64,000 nucleotides of DNA. Origin: an uncultured Candidatus Poseidoniales archaeon. GTDB taxonomy: Archaea > Thermoplasmatota > Poseidoniia > Poseidoniales > Thalassarchaeaceae. The DNA lies in NCBI GenBank assembly GCA_964645485.1, contig CAZXZO010000005.1, positions 15,269-79,268 on the forward strand, in the 5' to 3' direction. Numbering within the stretch: position 1 is the stretch's first letter; every line of letters starts with the position of its first letter. Position numbers and translations under genes: made by a program. Positions 48,429-58,507 of the stretch are shown here, piece after piece. The notes beneath the pieces are model-generated. The model was not told the origin of the DNA. It made no database searches and was given only the letters and a program-made list of their open reading frames with translations.

Positions 48429-50990
48429 TTAATTTCGCATTTTTGATAGGCGCTTTAATTTCTTTTCTTGTTCTTTTAGAAGTAGTTTACACCTCCGAAT
48501 TTGCTCTTTTGCCATCTTAGCGTGTTCCCCTTCAAGTGGATTCACTCTCTTGGCAGACATTCCTTGTTCAAAACATTTGATTGCGTCTGAATAACGTTCA
48601 ACCTCAGCATATGCAGTCCCCATATTGTATAATGTTGCGCCGGTAACTCCGGCGGGGTTAATTTTCATCGCTTCATGGTAGGCGTCAATACAATCGCTAA
48701 AATTCTGCAGATAATAAAATGCATTTCCTCTAGCATTTAAAATTCGAACAACCATTTCGTCGTCATTGACAAATGTAGGGAGTGCACGGTCAAAGCAAGC
48801 AAGTGCTTCGTTATATTTTTCTTCAGTTAGGAGTGCGAGTCCTTTGTTGTACCATTGTACATCTTGATTGGAAATTGAACTACTATCTATTTTGCCTGAA
48901 CCAATTATTTCGGGTGTCTCTGTTTTCGAAGCCACATCTAGAGCAGCCTTTGCTAGGTTAACTTCTGGTGAAGGCTCTTCATGTTGGACCGGCTCAGGTT
49001 CTGGGGTTGAATCCAGAATTTCCTCTGCAGCAATCACCTGTTCTGCACTTTGTTCTGTTACTACGGCAATTGATTCTGTTTGTTCGGGAGGTGTGGCTTG
49101 TGAATCTACGTCTGCCCAAGGGTCATCTCCCCAAGGGTCGTCGGAAACAACTTCTTCATGGGCAACTTCTTCTTCCACATGTTGTGATTCTTGGATTGTT
49201 GATTCAACTATAGGTTCTCCAACAGGTTCGGTCACTGCCACCTCAACTGGTTCGGGTTCTGCAACCGGTTCTGGTTCTGTGATTGGTTCAGAAATAGTCT
49301 CCACAGGACTTTCTTGTACCACTGGTGCCGAGATATCTTGTCCTGTGAGTGTAGCAATTTTTGCTCTACATTTTTCTGCAGTTACTTGGTCCCCCGCTGC
49401 GATGAAGGTTTTTCTCATCCCTATCCAAAGTTCGGGGTTATCACGGTCATTTTCTATTAATGACCTCCAAGCTTTCACCGCTTCTGGGTATGACCCAGAC
49501 AAGGTCATGGCTCTTGCACGGAGTTTGACATTTTCAGGCGCCCCATCATCTAGTATGTACTTCAAAGCCTCAGAGGCCAATTCAGGCCCTTCAGGAATAG
49601 TCGTTGGAATTTCTATTGCCATCTCCAATACTTCGCCTTCTCCTTCTGCGATAGCGATTAAAATACCTGCAAAGGTAGGTCCGCCAGCATGGTTTGGCTC
49701 ATGTGAAAGCAAAGATCTCCAAGATTCAATTGCTAAAGAAAGTGAGCCATTTGCAGTGTGTATTTCTGCCAAAGCGGCCGAGGCTTTCGTGTAATCTGGA
49801 CGCAAGCCTAATGCCGCATCAAAACAAGTGACTGCAGTTTCTTCGTGGTCATTTCTTCTGTGTAATGCTCCAAGATTATACCATGATGCTGCATCGGTAT
49901 TATCGAGGTCTAATGCATAGGTAAATGCTTCAATTGCATTATCAATTAGTGACAATCTAGCCATAGAGGCTGCCGCTACTCTCCATGCTCTTGGGTGTTC
50001 TGCGGCTTCGTTATGAAGCAACTCTCTAAGGAGTTCTAATCCTTCTTCGGCCTTGTTTTGTTTGATTAGATTTGCAGCATCTTCAACTATAGCATCTAAA
50101 TCGATTGTCGGTACAACTTCAGGCTCGGGAATAATTGTAGGGGCTGGCTCAGGCTCAACGATTGGTTGTGGTTCTGCCTGAACTGCCGCGACTGGTACAA
50201 CTTCGGGTTCCACAACAATTGGTTCAGGTTCTGCCTCAACTGTCGCGACTGGTACAACCTCTGGTTCAACAACTCTTGTCGCTTTTGGCGGACCTTGGGT
50301 GGAGATACGTGCTAAGTCAGGGTGAGAAGGGAATGATTTCAAGGCTTGATGAGCATATGTTGCTGCATCTGCTCCATTTCCTGTTCTGTCAAGTAGTACG
50401 GCTAGGTTAGCAGCTGCTGGACCGTGGTCTGATTGCATATCTAAGCACACTTTGAACGCTTTTGTGGCTTCTTCAACCTGTCCACTCATTTCATGAATGA
50501 CGCCTCTGTTAAACCATGCCATGGCATTTCCTGGGTCAGCAGCAATTACCCTGTTGAATATCTTGAGGGCTTGTTGCTCTCTTCCCTCTGAAACTAGTAA
50601 TTCTCCTTGTGTAATAAGTGAGTCTAAATCCTCTGGAGTTTCATCAAAATCTTGTTGGACAACCTGTTGCGAAGATGGTGTGCTAATTTTATCCTTGACT
50701 TTATCGACTACATCTGTTCCCGCTTGTTTTACATTAGAAAATACTGGTACCACATGGCCCCCAATTTGTTGGCTTACTTTTTGTACGGAACCGACTAGGT
50801 CACCCTCACCTGATACAGCATCTCTAACTTCAGATTCCACTTTTTGCACGATTTCCGTAACCTTTTCCTTTACTTGGGTGATTTTGGAAGGTACTCCATA
50901 TAGGTCACCATCACAGGCTGGACATACTGCCTCTAACCCATCTAGTTGATGTTCGCAGTGTGGGCAATTATCATGTCCATGCTCAGCCAT
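48429..50990 (-). CDS. TPR-repeat protein with N-terminal zinc ribbon and Pro/Glu/Val-rich linkers
   Basis: CPHC...CPAC, several TPR clusters (AWFNRG, SWYNLG, QWYNKG, TLYNMG), and a 19-aa duplicated EPEVVPVA linker. Confidence 0.8.
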   Translation of the reverse strand: MAEHGHDNCPHCEHQLDGLEAVCPACDGDLYGVPSKITQVKEKVTEIVQKVESEVRDAVSGEGDLVGSVQKVSQQIGGHVVPVFSNVKQAGTDVVDKVKDKISTPSSQQVVQQDFDETPEDLDSLITQGELLVSEGREQQALKIFNRVIAADPGNAMAWFNRGVIHEMSGQVEEATKAFKVCLDMQSDHGPAAANLAVLLDRTGNGADAATYAHQALKSFPSHPDLARISTQGPPKATRVVEPEVVPVATVEAEPEPIVVEPEVVPVAAVQAEPQPIVEPEPAPTIIPEPEVVPTIDLDAIVEDAANLIKQNKAEEGLELLRELLHNEAAEHPRAWRVAAASMARLSLIDNAIEAFTYALDLDNTDAASWYNLGALHRRNDHEETAVTCFDAALGLRPDYTKASAALAEIHTANGSLSLAIESWRSLLSHEPNHAGGPTFAGILIAIAEGEGEVLEMAIEIPTTIPEGPELASEALKYILDDGAPENVKLRARAMTLSGSYPEAVKAWRSLIENDRDNPELWIGMRKTFIAAGDQVTAEKCRAKIATLTGQDISAPVVQESPVETISEPITEPEPVAEPEPVEVAVTEPVGEPIVESTIQESQHVEEEVAHEEVVSDDPWGDDPWADVDSQATPPEQTESIAVVTEQSAEQVIAAEEILDSTPEPEPVQHEEPSPEVNLAKAALDVASKTETPEIIGSGKIDSSSISNQDVQWYNKGLALLTEEKYNEALACFDRALPTFVNDDEMVVRILNARGNAFYYLQNFSDCIDAYHEAMKINPAGVTGATLYNMGTAYAEVERYSDAIKCFEQGMSAKRVNPLEGEHAKMAKEQIRRCKLLLKEQEKKLKRLSKMRN

Positions 50991-51144
50991 ACGCTTCACT
51001 CGGGCTGTGACCCGTTAGGTTCACGGATAAGTGTTCGCTGTTTTAGTACAAGAGATAATCACTCATTCTATTCTAATTTTGTACCTAAAATGCCCTTTCT
51101 TGAAAGATCTAAATGATAGCCTTTTTCACTCTATTGCTGTTTAA

Positions 51145-52464
51145 TCAGACAGCTCCGGATTCAACTAATGTTTCCAAGTGTTCAATCGAACGCTTTGCCG
51201 CTGCTGCAACTTCCGAATCATCATCGGTCATAGCATTTGCAAGGATTGGAACAACGGCAGGAAATGGATATCGGGCTAAGATTTCTACTGCCAATCTTCT
51301 GATGGAAGCAGATTCATCCTTAGCCGCGATTTGAACTGCTTCCATTGCCTTTTCTCCAGAAAAGTTGGAAAATTGCTTCAATGCAGCATAACGAACTTCT
51401 AAAATTTCATCTAGTAAGCCTTGTTGCAATAATGGTATATCTGATGGATGTGCACTTCTGCCAATCGCTTGGTAAGCAAATTTCCTTACACCAGAATCTG
51501 AATCTTTAATCGCTTCAGCTAAAATTTCGTTTGCGACAGAATCTTCTAAGCGACCAAGAGCAGTCACACATCCTCTTCTAACAAGTGGGTTGTCATGGCG
51601 GATTCCTTTGATTAACGAATCAAAATGACCTATCATTACTAATGATGCAGTTGCTGCAGTATGAAGTTCCTCTTCAGATAATATTTCGACTAGAGGTGGA
51701 GCACCTTTTACGTCACCAATCATGCCTAGGGCTTCTATCATTTGCGTTCTACTTGCAATATCATTGCTGTTATCAGCTGCAAGTTGGGAAAGTTTCGTGG
51801 TTGCCCTATATCCAAGCCTAAATGCCATTTCAGGGTCTTTCCCTGCTACAGCAACTCCTTCTTGGATAGTTTGATTGATGCCGACTATTCGAATAACTGT
51901 TTGAATTATCATTAAATCAATCGAAAGCAGAATGAACATCACAAGATGTCTTCCACCAGAGGCATCTAACTGTACTCCTGAAACGTGTATACCATAAACT
52001 TCTGACCAGTCTAAGAATGACCTAAAAAGCAAGTCTAACCCAAATAATCCCCATGTTTCCCACGTAGAATTATCGGGCACTTCATACAAGTCAAACAGTG
52101 AGTGTGAAGTTTGGAGTAACATCGGAACTAACGGAACCATTTGCAAGGCAGCAAGTCCTGCCGTAATTCTTAAATCAGGTAAATTATCTGGATTTTGGTC
52201 CTCTAATTTTTTTGCAATTCTTGCTCTTAATGACTCATTTTGAGCCCATGCCCTTCCAACAGCTAATACGCCAATATACCCAACCCAAATAGCCACAAGA
52301 GCGAAAATAGGGGGGGCAGATATAGCCGCGACATAAATTCCACAATAAACTGAAATGAATAAAAAATGACGAGGAATCGGATTTACAATTGATACACCAA
52401 ACATTTTGGCATAACTAGCAAGAAATTCATCCAAAGTGAGAAAGAACTGTTTGACCTTCTCCAA
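51145..52464 (-). CDS. Membrane protein with C-terminal HEAT (PBS lyase-like) repeats
   Basis: N-terminal TM segments, then repeats such as RRGCVTALGRL, RKFAYQAIG and RRLAVEILAR. Confidence 0.7.
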   Translation of the reverse strand: MEKVKQFFLTLDEFLASYAKMFGVSIVNPIPRHFLFISVYCGIYVAAISAPPIFALVAIWVGYIGVLAVGRAWAQNESLRARIAKKLEDQNPDNLPDLRITAGLAALQMVPLVPMLLQTSHSLFDLYEVPDNSTWETWGLFGLDLLFRSFLDWSEVYGIHVSGVQLDASGGRHLVMFILLSIDLMIIQTVIRIVGINQTIQEGVAVAGKDPEMAFRLGYRATTKLSQLAADNSNDIASRTQMIEALGMIGDVKGAPPLVEILSEEELHTAATASLVMIGHFDSLIKGIRHDNPLVRRGCVTALGRLEDSVANEILAEAIKDSDSGVRKFAYQAIGRSAHPSDIPLLQQGLLDEILEVRYAALKQFSNFSGEKAMEAVQIAAKDESASIRRLAVEILARYPFPAVVPILANAMTDDDSEVAAAAKRSIEHLETLVESGAV

Positions 52465-52664
52465 TCCAATCCCTCAAAGATGCGACGAATCTCGTCTACT
52501 CTTTGATGGTTTCAGCAAAAAGAAAAGTTTAGTGGTGTTTTCTAAGGAAATTAGTTTCCACCAAATTCACCTGTGATGGGATATTAGCAGACAATAATCA
52601 ACAACTCACCAACAATAAGATTGAATGCCCAATATCATAAACATCTGCCCCTCCACAAACAAAT

Positions 52665-52829
52665 ATGCCTCCTGGTTGGTACATTTTGTTACTGATCTGT
52701 GCCCTTTGCGGAGCAGGGGTGTGGTATCTCTCAAATTTTACCCAGAAAGTTGAGTGGCTTAGATTACTCTCGGGAATTGGTATTTGCTCAATGTTAGCCC
52801 TCGTTATTTGGACTTGGCAAATTACCTAG
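52665..52829 (+). CDS. 54-aa two-TM small membrane protein (absent from the ORF track)
   Basis: MPPGWYILLLICALCGAGVWYLSNFTQKVEWLRLLSGIGICSMLALVIWTWQIT*. The stop runs into the AGGTGA RBS of the next gene. Confidence 0.6.
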   Translation: MPPGWYILLLICALCGAGVWYLSNFTQKVEWLRLLSGIGICSMLALVIWTWQIT

Positions 52830-52837
52830 GTGAGTTT

Positions 52838-53344
52838 ATGTCTGATTTGAAGGGAAGTGGTGATGAAAGAGAATCTAGTTTGGCAGGTTCTTTTCCTATT
52901 CGTGCACCTGTTTGGTGGGGGAGAAGGGGAGAAAGTCGCCCCCATCCTGAATTACCAGGAGTTTCAGGGAGATTTATCCTTCTGTGTCATTCCAAATCTT
53001 TCCGCAGGTTTGAAGGATTCTTAGCCAAATTATTGAGAGCGCCAAAAGACCTTCGTCGGCCTCTAGACGAAATGAACAGTCTTCTGTGGGAGTTGAGTAA
53101 CGGCCACCGGTCTTTTGAAGAAATAGTTTCAATCATGGATGAAACATTTACGGAACAAATTGCCCCTGCTGCTGAGCGAACTGAAGCTGCTTTGAGATTG
53201 TTGGGTGAACGCGGTTTCATCCTATTTTCTAAAACTGAGTTCGAAGAGGTTTGGCCAACTGGTCCAGGCATTGACCCGAACGGAAAAGTTTTGCAAATAG
53301 ACGGAGTTGATACATCACCGATTGCAGGAGACAAAATTGAATAA
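52838..53344 (+). CDS. PqqD-like domain protein
   Basis: LDEMNSLLWELSNGHRSFEEIVSIM...TEAALRLLGERGFI. AGGTGA precedes the ATG at 52838. Confidence 0.65.
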   Translation: MSDLKGSGDERESSLAGSFPIRAPVWWGRRGESRPHPELPGVSGRFILLCHSKSFRRFEGFLAKLLRAPKDLRRPLDEMNSLLWELSNGHRSFEEIVSIMDETFTEQIAPAAERTEAALRLLGERGFILFSKTEFEEVWPTGPGIDPNGKVLQIDGVDTSPIAGDKIE

Positions 53345-56300
53345 TCACTTTTGACTTCCACACCGACTACAAACTTGTTGCCCTTCTCGACATTGTGAAT
53401 GGCTGTATATTCCACAATCAGGACACTCAAACCACTGGTCACTCTGTGTTAAAACTCGTTCACAATATGAGCAATTTACCTGTGGTATTTTTTGTTCATC
53501 TGAGGCATCTTCAGGAGTCTGTTCTGCCGTTTCTCCTACTTCAGTAGAATCAGTATTCTTATCTTCCCCATCATCAATTTCATCAACTGATGTTACAGGC
53601 GCAAGCGTATCTAATGCAGCCGCGGTATTTGGTAGGTGGTTCTCTTGTTCTTCTTCCATTGCTGGTTGTTCAGTTACCCCCAAACTTCCAAACGCTGAGT
53701 GTAGGTTCTGGGTTTCACCTTGGCTGGGTGATGTTGGCTCCGGTGCAGATGGTTGCAATGGTTGAGCGGCTCCTTGGGATTGTTGATATTGTACTTGGGC
53801 TGCATAGGCTGCTTGTTCTTGGCTCGCTTGAATTGCTTCAGATACTTTTGCGATTTCATTTGCTTCTTCACGCCTTAATTCTGCAATCTTATCTTCAGTC
53901 CAGCCTGCTGCTCTATATTGTTCATCAGTGATGGTGCTCTGTTGTGGCATCGTGATTGGAGCCGCTTGGACGGGCGTCTGCATTACAGGTTGAGCAGTTT
54001 GTTGCTGGGCGGCTTGAACTGCTGGTTGAACAGTCTGCTGTTGAGGTACATTCACAGTTGGCTGAGCAGCATGTTGCTGGTGAGAGGAGACGTCACTTTC
54101 TTCATCTTCTTCGTCATACTCAACCATAGATTTCCTTCGTCTATTTATCGCAATCACCATGAGACAAACGAATATTAGGAAAACTAAACCGCCAACGCCA
54201 ATCATCAATGGGATTTGCTCTTCAAAATCTATTAATCCAAAAACAAGACCTCCTGGCTCTGTTTCTTCGGATGCAATTGTTAGTTCTGCACCAGTATACC
54301 ACAAGGTTTCATTTTCGCTGGTAATTGAGAGTTCCAGAGGAATGTAATCTGTGTGCTTAGGTGCGACCAATTCACAATCCCAACCAATAGTTCTGCCAGC
54401 AGGGTCGTTAGTAGATGGAACGACCAAATTCCATGTATATATTGACTGATCTAAATTATTACACTTGACAGACCATATTTCACCCTCGGGGATAGTGAGT
54501 TCTAATTCTTCTGTGAAAGAAGAATAACTTGTCACATTAACCTTGAACATTAATTTCTCACCCGGATTCAGTTCCGGTATTTGTGAGAGTGTATTTTCAA
54601 AGTTTAATTCTCTATGTGAAGTGACAGTTAGTATTAATGTCTCATTTATGATTTGAGGGTCTCCTTGAATATCTGGACTTGCCTCAAATACAATAGAGAA
54701 TACTACTCTAGTGCCTACCGGTAAATCAGAAGAAACGGTGATGAGCCACTGTAAATCTTTATTTTGTTGTGGAGTTAATCCCAAATCCATCCATTGGTTT
54801 AGGTGAATACTCGTTCCTCCATTTGAAAGCGTTGAAGTAATCCCTGGCAAAAGTGTGTCAGCAACAATTCTAATTCGCATTGCCCCGTCTACAGCATTAC
54901 CATCATTCAATACGCCAAGGGTCACCAAATGCATCGAATCTGTCCGCACATCAAGGACATCTGTATCCATTGAAAGAACCGGTCTTGTAACCCTGTTTGT
55001 TCGGACTGAGAATGAATGTTCATTATCACTCGGAGTTAGGTCCTCACCGTCACTAGGTACGACTGAAACGTCTATCTCTATCTCAAGATTTGCTTCTTCT
55101 CCTCCAGGTGGTGTAAAAATTATCTGTACTTGAGCGATGTGGTTTAATTCATAAGAAGGGGAAAGAGAAATTGGTCCACTCAATTCTGTCGCTTCCACCT
55201 CTATATGATACTCCCACGTGCTTGGGATTCCTTCGACTAATAGGATTGCGTGTTCAGGCCCGTTACCGTTATTTTCAATTTCATATGTAGCCGAAGAAGG
55301 TTGGCCTGGAGTTACATTTGTTGGGACCCCTAACACTCTCAATATAATGTCATGTAGCATCGTTACCCGAACCCCTCCGTAAGGTGTTGAGAGCGCACTA
55401 GTTCCAGAAGTTGTGCTAGTGACAATTGGAGTAAGTAATGGTGCTGGGTCGCCAGATTGTGCATTTTCTGGGGCGGTCAAGGTTACGAGAATTCTGCCAC
55501 TTTCACCCGCTCTTACTACCAAAGTTGTTGATGCAGGTAGTGTGGCATTCCAACCTCTCATATTTGTTGTATCTAATTGGAAACTGAAGGTATCTTGACT
55601 AGTTGCATTATTCCACACTGTGAATGGAATAATTACGGATTCCGATGGTTCAACCCACCAACCATCTGCTGGAATATCATCAGGATTAACATTTACTTCT
55701 GCATCTGAAATCATAGATGCGGTCAAATTTACCCGAATTGTGTCAGTTACTAAATTATCAGCTTGACTAATTGCCGTTACATCGATTGATGCAGTCTGGC
55801 CAGGTAATGCCGTATTCGGGATATCGGCTTGCAATAGAACTTGGGCAGTATTCCCAGGTGCAATTGTCACAGTTGGTGGTTGATTGAAGGATACGTCAAA
55901 AGTCCAATTCGCCCATTGTACTACTGGAGTTGAAGTAACTGCAAAGGTGTCTGAACCGTCGCCAATATTGGATAGATTGATGGAAAACTCACAAGAACTG
56001 CCGGGAAGGCAATAATTGCTGCCTTGTGTAGGGTCCCAACTTGGGATATACTCTGGGTCAACTAGTGTATTCAGCACCACATTTGACGATGTTGAAGGAT
56101 GCAGAGTTGAACTGATAGTTGCTGTGGCTGTTTGACCACCGACTGGAGCCCCAGGCCCCGGTTTGATTTGGGCTTGGAAATTGAAAGTTTGACCCGGTTC
56201 AACTTCGATTGTCATAGAAGGTAAAATTGTAGAACCTGACATGTGCACAAATTGGTAATCCCAACCATTTGGTAAGCCTGACAGGCTAGGTTTATAGAAA

Positions 56301-57478
56301 TCAGTAATATTCCCTTCATTTGTTATAGAAATAGCGTGTTCAGCCCAATGTCCTCTTCGAGCATGGCCATCAGCACCTTTTGTCATCCCAACATTAAACT
56401 CTTCAGGCCAGGCTTTTTCATCATAGACGACCACAATATCTTCCAGCCAGTAACCTTGGGCATTTCCAGAGGCATCTGAGATGAATCTAAACCTAAATTG
56501 AGTCTGAGAACTCAAGGTTGACGGCGGTATGTTGAATCCAGGCCGCGAAGTGCCACCAGGCATATTGATTTCATTTTGAATTAACCAATTTGTGCCATCA
56601 GTTAGATCCGCATCAACCACTCCATCAAATGAAAATCCATTGTTCACAGTATTTACCCAATTGCCTGATGATGGCTGATACCACTCAATGCGAATACCAT
56701 CCCCTCCACCTGCCGAACCAGTGTAGAAAAAACCAAGTTTTCCGTATGTATTGGGGTTTGGGTGTGCATTAGAGAAATCTAGGACAGGGCTAGTCAATGA
56801 CCGGTCCCAATTTTGTCCATGGGTGCTACTTGTACCTCCGGTGCCTATATTGAAGGCAGAATTAGACAGGCTGACTGCAGAATCTAGTTGCCACCCTGTA
56901 GCAAAATTCCAAGTTCCTTGAGCATCTGCATTATCATAGAATTGTCCAACGGCTAATGATCTTGTGAGGGCATCATTTCCTTTGTTGTCATCATTCGCTA
57001 TGAGAGTCGTTGCAATCATGGTGTGATTCCCACCGTATTTTGGTGCCCAAGTTGTAGATGTTGTAGTGGTACCTCCTGAACCGATTGAGTTGACATTGAG
57101 TGTTGAGTTAAAAATTTCAAATCCACTGTATTCATTGTGGATTACAACCAACTGAAGCGTAAATGCTCCAGATGCCGTGGTTCCTGAATTTTCGACCGTG
57201 ATTTGAATTCTCGAGGTTACATTAACCATACCGTCAATCACGAATAGGCTAAGTGGGCGGTTGAAACTACCTCCGGTAGGGTCTGCACTCGACAATAATC
57301 GGTATTTATTTTGGTCTGCGGAATTTGTATATGTTATCTCAAATTCTGTTGGTCGTACATCTATTCCACTCGCGGCTTCTGATTCTTGAACCAACAGGGA
57401 AGTCGCTAGACTAGTTGTGCTCATTGCTAGCAAAAGAGCAACGGCAAGAAGAGCCGACCTGACTGACGTTGATGACAT
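53345..57478 (-). CDS. Giant single-pass surface protein: CARDB/NEW3-like Ig repeats, TM, low-complexity tail and C-terminal C4HC3 zinc finger
   Basis: Signal peptide, repeated [VI]xNxGNxxD Ig-like units, a TM helix followed by NRRRK, a Q/A/P-rich linker, and CSYC-x12-CPDC-x4-H-x2-C-x6-CSRC. The ATG at 57478 is preferred. Confidence 0.8.
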   Translation of the reverse strand: MSSTSVRSALLAVALLLAMSTTSLATSLLVQESEAASGIDVRPTEFEITYTNSADQNKYRLLSSADPTGGSFNRPLSLFVIDGMVNVTSRIQITVENSGTTASGAFTLQLVVIHNEYSGFEIFNSTLNVNSIGSGGTTTTSTTWAPKYGGNHTMIATTLIANDDNKGNDALTRSLAVGQFYDNADAQGTWNFATGWQLDSAVSLSNSAFNIGTGGTSSTHGQNWDRSLTSPVLDFSNAHPNPNTYGKLGFFYTGSAGGGDGIRIEWYQPSSGNWVNTVNNGFSFDGVVDADLTDGTNWLIQNEINMPGGTSRPGFNIPPSTLSSQTQFRFRFISDASGNAQGYWLEDIVVVYDEKAWPEEFNVGMTKGADGHARRGHWAEHAISITNEGNITDFYKPSLSGLPNGWDYQFVHMSGSTILPSMTIEVEPGQTFNFQAQIKPGPGAPVGGQTATATISSTLHPSTSSNVVLNTLVDPEYIPSWDPTQGSNYCLPGSSCEFSINLSNIGDGSDTFAVTSTPVVQWANWTFDVSFNQPPTVTIAPGNTAQVLLQADIPNTALPGQTASIDVTAISQADNLVTDTIRVNLTASMISDAEVNVNPDDIPADGWWVEPSESVIIPFTVWNNATSQDTFSFQLDTTNMRGWNATLPASTTLVVRAGESGRILVTLTAPENAQSGDPAPLLTPIVTSTTSGTSALSTPYGGVRVTMLHDIILRVLGVPTNVTPGQPSSATYEIENNGNGPEHAILLVEGIPSTWEYHIEVEATELSGPISLSPSYELNHIAQVQIIFTPPGGEEANLEIEIDVSVVPSDGEDLTPSDNEHSFSVRTNRVTRPVLSMDTDVLDVRTDSMHLVTLGVLNDGNAVDGAMRIRIVADTLLPGITSTLSNGGTSIHLNQWMDLGLTPQQNKDLQWLITVSSDLPVGTRVVFSIVFEASPDIQGDPQIINETLILTVTSHRELNFENTLSQIPELNPGEKLMFKVNVTSYSSFTEELELTIPEGEIWSVKCNNLDQSIYTWNLVVPSTNDPAGRTIGWDCELVAPKHTDYIPLELSITSENETLWYTGAELTIASEETEPGGLVFGLIDFEEQIPLMIGVGGLVFLIFVCLMVIAINRRRKSMVEYDEEDEESDVSSHQQHAAQPTVNVPQQQTVQPAVQAAQQQTAQPVMQTPVQAAPITMPQQSTITDEQYRAAGWTEDKIAELRREEANEIAKVSEAIQASQEQAAYAAQVQYQQSQGAAQPLQPSAPEPTSPSQGETQNLHSAFGSLGVTEQPAMEEEQENHLPNTAAALDTLAPVTSVDEIDDGEDKNTDSTEVGETAEQTPEDASDEQKIPQVNCSYCERVLTQSDQWFECPDCGIYSHSQCREGQQVCSRCGSQK

Positions 57479-57558
57479 GTTCTCTTTCGCAACCCTTCTC
57501 TTGTATATTTGAAGTAGTCGGTCCAATAGAAGGGAATCATAGATTCCCATTACGGGAC

Positions 57559-58368
57559 TTATTCAGATTCTGTATCTTCGCCACGTTCGAAATTGATTCG
57601 CTGTTCCCGCTTGATGCTTGCATAATAAATTCCCAAAGGTAATGCGAGGACCATCACGAAGCAAGCCAGAAGTGCCGTGAGGGACCAGACGGATTCTACA
57701 AATGGATTCAATTGAAATTGGTAAACATCTTCCAATTCGTGTGAGACTACTGTTTGTTGTAAGGACACTGTGTTATTATCTATAGCGGAATTCGAAGTTA
57801 ATTTAATCAGCCAAAAAACAGTGTTATTGGAAGTTTCAACAATTTCTTCTGCTTCTGATGTAGCAGTGCTTAAATCAGGTGCTCGGATTGTTCCCATACC
57901 CGATAATGGCAGTTGATCGGAAAGAAGTCCTCGCAAATTAGCACTACCTTCACTATCTGCTTTGATTGAATGAGTGAATGCCAACTCGCAGTGGTTTTCA
58001 AGTTCAAAATTGGCATTACCTTGTAGGCAATTGAATTTGTCAGCATCATCACTTCCTAACATAGCATGGCTCCACCACATTTCACCACCGCTCGTAATTG
58101 TCAGAGTAGAATCTTCAGGTGCTCCTGTTAAGGTGAAATTTACCCAAGAAATTGAACCTTCAGAGGTGGAAGACCACGATAATGAATTGTTTTGTTGGTC
58201 AACGGGAGTAAGAGTCAAGTTACTTTGCTCTAAATTTGATTCGTGCATGTAATATTCAGAGTTTAGGGAAGCAGAATACGCGGCATATGCCAAAACAAGA
58301 ATCAAAGTGGCTGACAAACCAAGGAGAGTACGCAAAAGGTTTGGATTACGGGCCAGTGCTTTCTCCAT
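57559..58368 (-). CDS. Hypothetical membrane protein with N- and C-terminal TM helices
   Basis: A 269-aa ORF with two hydrophobic segments flanking a Ser/Asn-rich domain. Confidence 0.65.
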   Translation of the reverse strand: MEKALARNPNLLRTLLGLSATLILVLAYAAYSASLNSEYYMHESNLEQSNLTLTPVDQQNNSLSWSSTSEGSISWVNFTLTGAPEDSTLTITSGGEMWWSHAMLGSDDADKFNCLQGNANFELENHCELAFTHSIKADSEGSANLRGLLSDQLPLSGMGTIRAPDLSTATSEAEEIVETSNNTVFWLIKLTSNSAIDNNTVSLQQTVVSHELEDVYQFQLNPFVESVWSLTALLACFVMVLALPLGIYYASIKREQRINFERGEDTESE

Positions 58369-58464
58369 TGCCTTTCCGACCTACCCACCCTGTTTGAAGT
58401 TGATGTTGCGATTAGTAATGATTGAGCATGCTACCATGTGCCCCCCGTAGGGGGGACGATTGCG

Positions 58465-58471
58465 TTATATA
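58465..58471 (+). promoter_or_regulatory. TATA box of the rps19e operon
   Basis: TTATATA ends 36 nt upstream of the ATG at 58508. Confidence 0.5.
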
Positions 58472-58507
58472 CGGACGGTCGGTCGGCGGGATGCTCAGGT
58501 CTTGCAC

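Noticed and set aside
48868-49794. Long antisense ORFs (48868-49794, 20620-21624, 32443-32964, 12358-12930 and similar)
   Set aside because: These are shadows of well-supported genes on the opposite strand, with Ser-rich composition and no motifs.
58441-58455. CCCCCC-GTA-GGGGGG hairpin upstream of the rps19e TATA box
   Set aside because: It is a homopolymer-based stem upstream of the likely TSS, with no independent support for function.
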